A stretch of DNA of 64,000 nt, from contig DASTLR010000008.1 in NCBI GenBank assembly GCA_035714745.1, positions 7,394 through 71,393 of the forward strand, in the 5' to 3' direction. Position 1 is the stretch's first letter; each line of letters opens with the position of its first letter. The DNA comes from Minisyncoccota bacterium. GTDB taxonomy: Bacteria > Patescibacteriota > Minisyncoccia > Phycocordibacterales > UBA6065. Below, in pieces: positions 56,473 to 64,000 of this stretch. The position numbers were made by a program, and so were the translations under genes. Under the pieces are notes generated by a model. The model was not told where the DNA came from and did no database searches. It saw only the letters and a list, made by a program, of their open reading frames with translations.

Positions 56473-56842
56473 GTAATTAAGTTGTTAACGCTATAGGGTA
56501 GGCGGAGCCCATATCCCTCGTCGGTAAATAATTGAAAGGTGTTACTCAGATTTCTCTCTGCACCTTTTGTAGAAAGACTTAAAGTGAATGGCGGTCTTCA
56601 CCCGAAGCTTCTCGGTTTCCCCGATGGCTTTCTTTAACGCCACACCTTCTACTTCATTCATGTGGCGGGAATCGCGAACCCTATAGGTATAGGCATCGCC
56701 CTGTATCGCGGCACTTTTTTAACGACGCACACCGCTCTACCCCTCACGTCGGAACTGAAAAGAGCCCTAATTTAGAAGGGCAGACCAGTACCCCCTAAAT
56801 CAGGGCTCGTTTCAGAGCTTAATTACTGGTCTGTCCCAAATA

Positions 56843-56981
56843 TTACTTATTGCCTTTCAATTCAGCCTCAATGAGCTCGATTGCCTCCTGGAGAAGAAGA
56901 TCAGCAACTCGGCGAGCCAAAGTAACCTCTGGGTCTTTTACCCAAGTAGGCTCTTCTATTCGCTTATCCTGCTTCTTTGCC
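56843..56981 (-). CDS. Hypothetical small protein (46 aa) followed by a strong hairpin terminator
   Basis: My hand translation gives MAKKQDKRIEEPTWVKDPEVTLARRVADLLLQEAIELIEAELKGNK. It is followed by nested inverted repeats at 56761-56837. Below the ORF-track size cutoff. Confidence 0.3.
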
Positions 56982-57059
56982 ATAATTTATTATTTGCAGG
57001 GCGATTATAAAAAAGCAGAGCAAGTTCATTGCTCCGCTTAAAGGGGGTGGTTAAGAGGG

Positions 57060-57752
57060 TTATAGTTTTCTACTCTTTATTTTGGCCATTATTTTTCTTG
57101 CCTGCGAGAGAGACACTCTCAAATGTCCGGCCATTTTTTCATCACCGCAATCAGGATTTGCCTTCAAAAACTCCTTGGCTTCCCATTCGAGGTTTTTTGT
57201 TTTTTCTTCTTTCGGTTTAACTTTTTTTGAGAGTGGATGCTTCGATGAAATTGAGTTCTTAAGACTCCTGTCGATTTCTGACCAATTGTCCTCAATGTAT
57301 TTAATGAGCTCAGGTTTGCTAGCCCCAGGTTCGACGTAGATTTCTGCGTAAGCGAAATTCTCGATGTCATCACCAGCATTTTTTATTTTATGAGAAACTC
57401 CCAAGGATGTATTCGAAATCCCTCCGAACAGGGTTTTTTCTACTATTGCCGCTACGACCAAGCCGTTATCAAAATTAAATTTTTTTGATACCGAATCATA
57501 CAACTCTGATTGTGCTTCCAGGAAAATCCTCTGAGTTTCTGGTTGGCGTATGGTATGACCTGCCAGTTTCATACCTCGCGTCAGTTTTATTTGTTCGATG
57601 TCGGAGAGCCATTTCCGAAACTCTTGAACAGTTTTAACCTCGTTTCTAAAAGGCAAAAAAGCTACCTTAAGTGCGTCTATGTCCTCATCCAGGTCGATTT
57701 TGAGCATCAATTTATCTACCCACTCTTCTAGTCTGTTGGCTGGTCTCTCCAT
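57060..57752 (-). CDS. Hypothetical protein with a possible C-terminal helix-turn-helix
   Basis: 230 aa. The C-terminal segment EKMAGHLRVSLSQARKIMAKIK resembles an HTH. Confidence 0.4.
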   Translation of the reverse strand: MERPANRLEEWVDKLMLKIDLDEDIDALKVAFLPFRNEVKTVQEFRKWLSDIEQIKLTRGMKLAGHTIRQPETQRIFLEAQSELYDSVSKKFNFDNGLVVAAIVEKTLFGGISNTSLGVSHKIKNAGDDIENFAYAEIYVEPGASKPELIKYIEDNWSEIDRSLKNSISSKHPLSKKVKPKEEKTKNLEWEAKEFLKANPDCGDEKMAGHLRVSLSQARKIMAKIKSRKL

Positions 57753-57805
57753 AGCTTAATCTTATGTCATTTTGGACGTGCATAAAATGACAAAAGGAAT
57801 AGTAT

Positions 57806-58942
57806 GTGGGTATGCCAGATATTCCCAAACAGTATTTTCTATACTATTTCCCTTACCTCACAATGAGAGATGTCGAGGAGATAGATTTTGGATTTATCAA
57901 GATTTGGAACTTTGATAAGAAGAAGGATGCTTATATCTCTGACCCTGCTCTTAAGGCAAAAATTACACAGATTCTTGCTAACTACCAATCCCAGTTTTAT
58001 CCAGTTAGAGGTATTGGAATAGCTTCTATTGGTACTAATGATTTTAGGAAATTTACACCTGAAGAGGCGGCGGATCTTCATACTGCAAAATACATTCTTT
58101 TCATTTCCGCTCTTGCATATAACAACCTCCATACTGCAAATGTAAATATCGGACACGCTATGTTTAGTTCGGAAAATTTCGAGAGCATGATATTTAGCAT
58201 GGTCTTAGACAGTGAGTACATGTCTGAACCTGGAGGATTCGTCATAAATATGCTTCATGGAGGTATTGAGATAAGTAAGAATCTCCAAAAGACACCCTCT
58301 TACATATTAAATCCGTCTCGCCTGAATTTAGATGTGGATTTGTTTAATACACTCATCAAACTAAGGAAGCGTAGGCCAAAATTCTTTAAAAGATTAATAT
58401 CGGCAATCGAAGTTTTCTATGAAAGCTATTACAATTCGCCTCAAGTCAGTGAAAAGGCACGTATCTTGCTCCTTACAAGTGCTTTTGAGATGCTTTTACA
58501 GTCTGAACCTGGGGCAGGCAGAGAAAAGACAAAAAACTTTATCGCTTTGCATGCTAACGTTCCCGAAGATCGAAAATATTCTTATTACTCCGAGAGAAGA
58601 GGTGGTGTAGTCAGGGAGAGCGGAACCCGAAAGGAAATATGGGCTGATAGGTTTTTTAGTCTTCGAAATCATATTGCTCACGGAGATATCGTTCCTAAGA
58701 CAGAATTTCTTTATAAGTCACAAAGGCACTTCGATATTGCCCCGCTATTCTTTGTCTTTACTCTTAAAAAGAAAATAGACCTGTATTTAAGGAGAGATAT
58801 CTTTGGTGACGAAATTGAGTGGAAGAAGTGGACAGATGAAAATACAATCCCTATTACGGAGTATGAGGGGTTTGCGTACAATGCAACTAAAGGGAAATTG
58901 AGAAAACTTTTTAATAAACTAAGAAAGAGGAAACGCCCATGA
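57806..58942 (+). CDS. HEPN-motif protein (Rx4H), putative abortive-infection or RNase-type defence protein
   Basis: LRNHIAHGD contains the R-x4-H HEPN catalytic motif in the C-terminal third. 378 aa with a basic tail. Confidence 0.45.
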   Translation: MGMPDIPKQYFLYYFPYLTMRDVEEIDFGFIKIWNFDKKKDAYISDPALKAKITQILANYQSQFYPVRGIGIASIGTNDFRKFTPEEAADLHTAKYILFISALAYNNLHTANVNIGHAMFSSENFESMIFSMVLDSEYMSEPGGFVINMLHGGIEISKNLQKTPSYILNPSRLNLDVDLFNTLIKLRKRRPKFFKRLISAIEVFYESYYNSPQVSEKARILLLTSAFEMLLQSEPGAGREKTKNFIALHANVPEDRKYSYYSERRGGVVRESGTRKEIWADRFFSLRNHIAHGDIVPKTEFLYKSQRHFDIAPLFFVFTLKKKIDLYLRRDIFGDEIEWKKWTDENTIPITEYEGFAYNATKGKLRKLFNKLRKRKRP

Positions 58943-59658
58943 AAAACCTACCCAAAGTAAAAAACAATTCCCAGACCGATCCCTTGGAGTCGGTTGAGTT
59001 ATCTGGAAAGCAAATAAAAGATGTCATTGAGTCCTCCGGAGTAAATCTAGTCGCCAGTTTTATTCCTGGACTTGGCAAGTTTCTTGAATGTATAGACTAT
59101 GCAAACCAAAAAATAAGAGAAGAGAAACTGAATAATGTATTAAAGATTTTCATATCTCATTTCGATTCATTGGATGAGGCTCTCGCTCAAATTAAGAAAC
59201 TCGTCAGCAATCGATCTGGAATTATTTTGTTTCAAAAAATAATACAGATCGTAGACAACGGGTCTTCTGATGATGAATGGTTAAACATACTAGCAAACAT
59301 ACTGAAAAACATAGCGGAGGAAGATATTACTAAACACTTTGATGAAAGGAGTTATTTTCTCGCACAAATTGATCGCCTAACACCACAGGCCTTGATTATT
59401 ATTAGTAAATACGACCTCTGGATGCAGGCTCATATCCAAGATACAACCACTACTAGCGGACAAACAGCCTCTGGTAATTGGAGTGAGCAAGTTACTGGTT
59501 TTCTCAAAACAAAAATTGGAATTTCTGATGGTCAGACTGGAGCTAGGATCAATCATTCCTTCCGTGAACTGGAATCGGCGGGGATGATTAAATTGGAAGG
59601 ACACCAAATCAGGCTCACCCCTGTTGGTAACGAGATTCGCCGAATGATGAAAAAATAA
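58939..59658 (+). CDS. Hypothetical protein, overlapping partner of the HEPN gene
   Basis: The start overlaps the HEPN gene stop (ATGA). No motif recognised. Confidence 0.4.
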   Translation: MKNLPKVKNNSQTDPLESVELSGKQIKDVIESSGVNLVASFIPGLGKFLECIDYANQKIREEKLNNVLKIFISHFDSLDEALAQIKKLVSNRSGIILFQKIIQIVDNGSSDDEWLNILANILKNIAEEDITKHFDERSYFLAQIDRLTPQALIIISKYDLWMQAHIQDTTTTSGQTASGNWSEQVTGFLKTKIGISDGQTGARINHSFRELESAGMIKLEGHQIRLTPVGNEIRRMMKK

Positions 59659-59663
59659 ATTCA

Positions 59664-60437
59664 ATGAAAGAAGGAACTTGTAAATTATGTCTGGAATACA
59701 AAAAGTTATGCAAAGAATCTCATATAATTCCGAAGTCTTTATATAGACTTCTAGCTGGAGAAAATAATCAACTGATATATATCAACGAGGAGAAATCGAA
59801 ACCTAAATACAATAGCGAATACGAAGGCGGTATTTTGTGTGAGAATTGCGATAACAAAGTGATTGGGTTACTTGATGACTATGCGGCAAAATTCATCTAC
59901 GGCGAGTTTCCAAATAAAGGGACTTCGGGGACGGAATGGATAGAAGGGCGTGAGACTGTAATTCGAGAAAACGATCCGAGTTACGATTATTCGCGTTTTA
60001 AACTATTTCTGCTTTCTGTTTTATGGAGAGCTAGTATCTCTTCGAGACCTTTCTTTCAAAAACTGAAGCTTCCTTCCGCCATAGAAGAAGATTTGAGGCA
60101 AAGAATCCTTACGGGTAGCCCAGGACAACCAGACGAATATCCATGTTTCATACACTTGCCCCCATTAATCACTCAACCGGACGGAAGGCGTGGTTTTGAG
60201 ACGTTCTACATGCAAACTATGTCTCCAATTTATATGGATAGGGGTGAGCTGAAAATGTGTGAGTTCATCATTCAAGGTATGCACTATTACTTCATAATTG
60301 CTCGTCCTGCGAACATGAATGTTCTTCCTTCGGTTGATACAAACAGACTAACCATGGCTTTTAGTAAGCCTGAGGAACATACCCAAATTATTCAAACCAT
60401 ACTCGATTTTATGAAGGGGCATCCTAAACGGAAATGA
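59664..60437 (+). CDS. HNH-like nuclease domain protein (CxxC..ESHIIP..CxxC N-terminus)
   Basis: GTCKLCLEYKKLCKESHIIPKS ... CENCDNK resembles an HNH zinc-finger nuclease core. Confidence 0.4.
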   Translation: MKEGTCKLCLEYKKLCKESHIIPKSLYRLLAGENNQLIYINEEKSKPKYNSEYEGGILCENCDNKVIGLLDDYAAKFIYGEFPNKGTSGTEWIEGRETVIRENDPSYDYSRFKLFLLSVLWRASISSRPFFQKLKLPSAIEEDLRQRILTGSPGQPDEYPCFIHLPPLITQPDGRRGFETFYMQTMSPIYMDRGELKMCEFIIQGMHYYFIIARPANMNVLPSVDTNRLTMAFSKPEEHTQIIQTILDFMKGHPKRK

Positions 60438-60487
60438 AACTAATGCACATTTGTTGACTATACCCCTAGGGGGTATATACTTTCGAC

Positions 60488-60757
60488 ATGACAAAAAATC
60501 CATCGAAAACAAAATTATCTCGTCGTCTCAAAATCGTTGAGGGTCAAATCAGAGGCCTTCAAGAGATGATCGAAAAGGACGCGTATTGTATAGACGTCAT
60601 CACCCAAACCTCGGCCGTGAAGCAAGCTCTCTCGGGTATTGAGGACGCTCTTATGGAACATCACCTCTCTACCTGTGCTGTAGATCAGATGCAGGGCGGC
60701 AAGTCTGAGAAAACTAAGCAAGAAATCCTTAAGGTCTATAGGCTTAAGCGAAAATAA
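60488..60757 (+). CDS. csoR: CsoR/RcnR-family metal-sensing transcriptional repressor
   Basis: RLKIVEGQIRGLQEMIEKDAYCIDVITQ...H...C, the CsoR Cys-His-Cys signature. Lies directly upstream of copA. Confidence 0.8.
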   Translation: MTKNPSKTKLSRRLKIVEGQIRGLQEMIEKDAYCIDVITQTSAVKQALSGIEDALMEHHLSTCAVDQMQGGKSEKTKQEILKVYRLKRK

Positions 60758-60760
60758 TCT

Positions 60761-63052
60761 ATGTATACCCAAACCTACAAAGTAAAAGGAATGCATTGTG
60801 CCTCATGTGCAGGCATAATCGAAAAAACCTTCAAAAAAACGGAGGGTGTGAAATCTGCTGAGGTAAATTACGGAACTGAGACTGCAAAAGTCGCTTTTGA
60901 TACTTCTAAAGTAAATCCACACCGCCTTTCAGAGAAAATCGAGAAATTGGGGTACTCTCTCGTCGTGCCTTCCGCAGAGGATATGAATATGTCGTCATCT
61001 GAACACGCGGCTCACCTAGGTCTCAACCAATCTAAAAAAGAAAAGCTTATTGAGATAAAAGATATGCAAAGCAAGGTCTTTTCCGTCATCCCACTCGCAG
61101 TCTTTAGTATCTTCGTCATGGGATGGGATATTCTCGCTCAGTTCGGCGTTCTGCCCGAAATGAGTCGAACGATATATGAGTTCTTCCACCACCTACTCCC
61201 AATATTCGCGACATACACTCTTTTCGTAGTCGGCAAGCCGTACCTTATGGGCATGTTCCGTTTCTTCCGCTATGGCAAGGCGAACATGGACACGCTCATA
61301 GGCATAGGAACGTCAGTGGCTTTTCTCTATAGCTTTATTGTTACTGCATTTGAAGAATCTCTCGCTCCATATATTAACGTTGAGCATAATTATTACGACG
61401 TAACGATTGTCGTCATCACATTCATTGCTCTCGGTAAATACCTTGAAGCCCGTGCAAAGGTGAAAACAGGCGATGCAATCGAAAAGCTTGTTGGCCTTCA
61501 GGCAAAGACCGCTTTGGTTATAAGGGACGGCAAGGAGCAAGAGATCGCCGTATCGGATGTAAGGCATGGAGACCTCATCATCGTAAAGCCAGGTGCAAAG
61601 ATCCCTGTAGATGGAGTTGTAGTTGAGGGTGCTTCATTTATAGATGAATCAATGATCACGGGTGAACCAATGCCCGTCGAGAAGAAAGTAGGAGATTCTG
61701 TCGTGGCGGGTACCATAAACACTAATAGCACTTTTACATTCAAGGCTACAAAAGTCGGTTCTGAAACGCTTATTGCTCATATCATAAAAATGGTAGAGGA
61801 AGCTCAGGGCAGTAAAGCTCCCATTCAAGCCCTCGCAGATAAAATATCGGCTGTATTCGTCCCCATAGTCCTCGTAGTCGCTTTTGTTACCCTTGGAGTG
61901 TGGTTACTTGTTGGAACAAGCTCTTTTGGTTTCTCTCAGGCTCTCTCATACGGATTAACTTCATTTGTAGGCATACTTGTCATCGCTTGCCCATGTGCCC
62001 TCGGCCTTGCCACTCCCACCGCAATCATCGTCGGCGTAGGTAAAGGTGCTAAGGAGGGCATCCTCATTAAGGACGCCGCTACGCTCGAAAAGCTCCACAA
62101 AGTTGATACCATCGTCGTAGATAAGACGGGTACGATCACCAGAGGCAAACCAGAACTTACGAGCATACAGAACCACTCAAAGCTTCCTGACGATAAGATC
62201 ATTTCTATCCTTACTTCTCTCGAAAGCAAATCGGAGCATCCTATAGCTCACGCTGTCATTGAATATGCCAAGGCTAAGTCTATTAGTCTCGTACCTGTTG
62301 AAAAACCAGAGATCATCAAGGGTAAAGGAATCAAAGGGACTATCTCGGGTACAGAATATTTCGCAGGCAACACGAGGCTTCTTTCCGATCTCGGCCTTTC
62401 GATCGATACCCAAAAGCTCGAGGTTGATACGAAAGAAGGAAAGACGCCTGTCATACTCTCAACCAAGAGCGAAATTCTAGCTGTCGTCATGGTCGCAGAT
62501 GCCGTGAAGAACGAAGCAGTGGAAGCAGTTAAGAGCCTTCACAAGCTTGGTATCAAAATCGTTATGCTCACGGGCGATAATAAACATACCGCTCAAGCTA
62601 TCGCAAAAGAGGTCGGCATTGATGATGTGGTCGCTGAAGTGTTGCCAGACGACAAACTTAATAAGATCAAAGAACTTCAAGAAGCGGGTCATATCGTAGC
62701 TATGGCGGGAGACGGCGTTAATGACGCTCCTGCTCTCGCTCAGGCGGATGTCGGCATTGCTATGGGCACAGGAACCGATGTCGCTATAGAGACCGCAGGC
62801 ATTACGCTTCTTCATGGAGATATTTCAAAGCTTGTGAAAGCAATACGGCTCTCGAAGTTAACAATGCGAGGCATCAAGCAGAATCTTTTCTGGGCGTTTA
62901 TCTATAACGTAGTCGGCATTCCTCTCGCCGCAGGATTATTCTTCCCATTCTTCGGGTGGCTTCTCAGTCCCGTATTCGCAGGTCTCGCTATGGCGTTCTC
63001 AAGCGTTTCAGTCGTTGGAAATTCGCTTCGCCTTAAAGCTAAAAACTTATAA
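60761..63052 (+). CDS. copA: Copper-translocating P1B-type ATPase
   Basis: N-terminal heavy-metal-associated (HMA) domain GMHCASCA, a TM CPC motif (ACPCALG), DKTGT phosphorylation site and GDGVNDAP. Confidence 0.9.
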   Translation: MYTQTYKVKGMHCASCAGIIEKTFKKTEGVKSAEVNYGTETAKVAFDTSKVNPHRLSEKIEKLGYSLVVPSAEDMNMSSSEHAAHLGLNQSKKEKLIEIKDMQSKVFSVIPLAVFSIFVMGWDILAQFGVLPEMSRTIYEFFHHLLPIFATYTLFVVGKPYLMGMFRFFRYGKANMDTLIGIGTSVAFLYSFIVTAFEESLAPYINVEHNYYDVTIVVITFIALGKYLEARAKVKTGDAIEKLVGLQAKTALVIRDGKEQEIAVSDVRHGDLIIVKPGAKIPVDGVVVEGASFIDESMITGEPMPVEKKVGDSVVAGTINTNSTFTFKATKVGSETLIAHIIKMVEEAQGSKAPIQALADKISAVFVPIVLVVAFVTLGVWLLVGTSSFGFSQALSYGLTSFVGILVIACPCALGLATPTAIIVGVGKGAKEGILIKDAATLEKLHKVDTIVVDKTGTITRGKPELTSIQNHSKLPDDKIISILTSLESKSEHPIAHAVIEYAKAKSISLVPVEKPEIIKGKGIKGTISGTEYFAGNTRLLSDLGLSIDTQKLEVDTKEGKTPVILSTKSEILAVVMVADAVKNEAVEAVKSLHKLGIKIVMLTGDNKHTAQAIAKEVGIDDVVAEVLPDDKLNKIKELQEAGHIVAMAGDGVNDAPALAQADVGIAMGTGTDVAIETAGITLLHGDISKLVKAIRLSKLTMRGIKQNLFWAFIYNVVGIPLAAGLFFPFFGWLLSPVFAGLAMAFSSVSVVGNSLRLKAKNL

Positions 63053-63055
63053 TCA

Positions 63056-64000
63056 TGAAAACATACACTTTCCACATCCAAGGAATGCACTGTAAAGCAT
63101 GTATAGCTCTTACCGAAAGTGAACTCGGCGATATTCAGGAGATCACGCACGCTAAAGCATCGCTTGATAATCACACAGTGACAATTTCTGGTGAATTTGG
63201 AGACAAAACTCCTGAAGAGATAGCGAACAGCCTTACGTCAGTTCTCAAACCACACGGCTACACACTTTCTGTCGAGAAACAGAATCATGTAGTTAATTGG
63301 TCGCAGTTTAAAGTAGCCCTCCCAATCGCGGCCGCATTTGTCGCCGTATTTATCATTCTCCAAAAGCTTGGAATAGTGAATCTCGTGACCACGTCGAATG
63401 TCGGATACGGGACGGCGTTTCTAATCGGTATGATTGCTTCAGTATCAACTTGCATGGCAGTCGTGGGTGGACTTGTTCTCTCCATGTCGGCCAACTATGC
63501 GAAAGAGAATGATAAAGTTCGCCCGCAAGTTCTTTTCCATATCGGCAGACTTGTATCATTCTTCGTGCTTGGTGGCGTAATTGGGGCTATCGGGTCAGCA
63601 TTTCAGCTTAACGGAACAGGTACATTCATTTTGAGTCTCCTTGTTGCGATAATCCTTTTGATCCTTGGCATAAACCTGCTTGATATATTCCCGTGGGCAA
63701 AGAAGCTTCAACCTTCGCTTCCAAGCTTTATAACGAATCATGTTCGAGGCTTGAAAAAAATAAACCACACACTTACACCCCTTCTTATCGGCGTTGCCAC
63801 CTTCTTCCTTCCATGTGGGTTCACTCAATCCATGCAAATATACTCGCTCACAACGGGTAGTTTCTGGACTGGAGCGATGACGATGTTTTTCTTTGCACTT
63901 GGAACGCTTCCTGTACTCGCGATTCTATCCTTTAGCTCGATGGGAATACACGACAAGGTGAAGTCGGGCATCTTCTTCAAATCGGCAGGTCTCATCGTAT
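63056..64000 (+). CDS. HMA-domain (GMHCKAC) protein fused to a multi-TM domain with paired TM cysteines (CcdA/TauE-like); 3'-truncated at the window end
   Basis: My hand translation from the ATG at 63056 gives MKTYTFHIQGMHCKACIALTE followed by six or more TM helices including FFLPCGF. No stop before the window end. Confidence 0.5.

Larger units (their letters stand above)
53825..64000. mobile_element. Integrated genomic island at tRNA-His, AT-rich, more than 10 kb and extending past the window end
   Basis: A sharp fall in GC content after about 53.9 kb. A large serine recombinase gene overlaps the tRNA-His 3' end. The cargo is HEPN and HNH genes and a csoR-copA module. Confidence 0.7.

Overview
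This 64 kb window has two compositionally distinct parts. Positions 1-53.8 kb are a GC-rich (about 60%) chromosomal segment with small, tightly packed genes. Gene content suggests a reduced-genome bacterium (CPR/Patescibacteria-like or another minimal monoderm), but this is an inference only. This part carries housekeeping genes (cca, xth, rpsO, comM, pcrA, ksgA, polA, tyrS, PBP1A, ruvC-yebC-ruvB, ruvA, mutM, a murE-like Mur ligase, tsaE, trmH, rpsT, rplS, ruvX, dedA), the chromosomal replication origin arrangement (rpmH-rnpA-yidC divergent from dnaA-dnaN, with DnaA boxes and an AT-rich unwinding element), a minimal type IV pilus set (pilB plus pilM/N/O), and seven tRNA genes. Its most notable feature is a roughly 11 kb operon-like locus at 12.2-23.7 kb next to oriC that looks like a Gram-positive-type type IV secretion system. 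It encodes a large secreted discoidin (F5/8 type C) domain protein, a VirB6/TrbL-like polytopic protein with a long Lys/Glu-rich tail, a PrgI/VirB3-like protein, a VirB4 ATPase that is split by a stop plus frameshift, a VirB2/TrbC-like pilin with a long coiled-coil extension, and several secreted or membrane proteins of unknown function. From about 53.8 kb to the window end the sequence is AT-rich (about 40% GC) and starts at a tRNA-His whose 3' end overlaps a large serine recombinase gene. This is an integrated genomic island running off the window. Its cargo is a HEPN-motif protein with an overlapping partner gene, an HNH-like nuclease and a csoR-copA-HMA copper resistance module. Several unexplained non-coding elements are also reported: a structured region upstream of ruvB, an intergenic region between convergent genes containing repeats and a DnaA box, paired 22-bp palindromes upstream of pcrA, a shared 30-nt intergenic motif, and a 23-bp inverted repeat upstream of pilB. 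All calls rest on reading the translated ORFs and the sequence by eye. No database searches were run. Coordinates derived by hand may be off by 1-2 nt.
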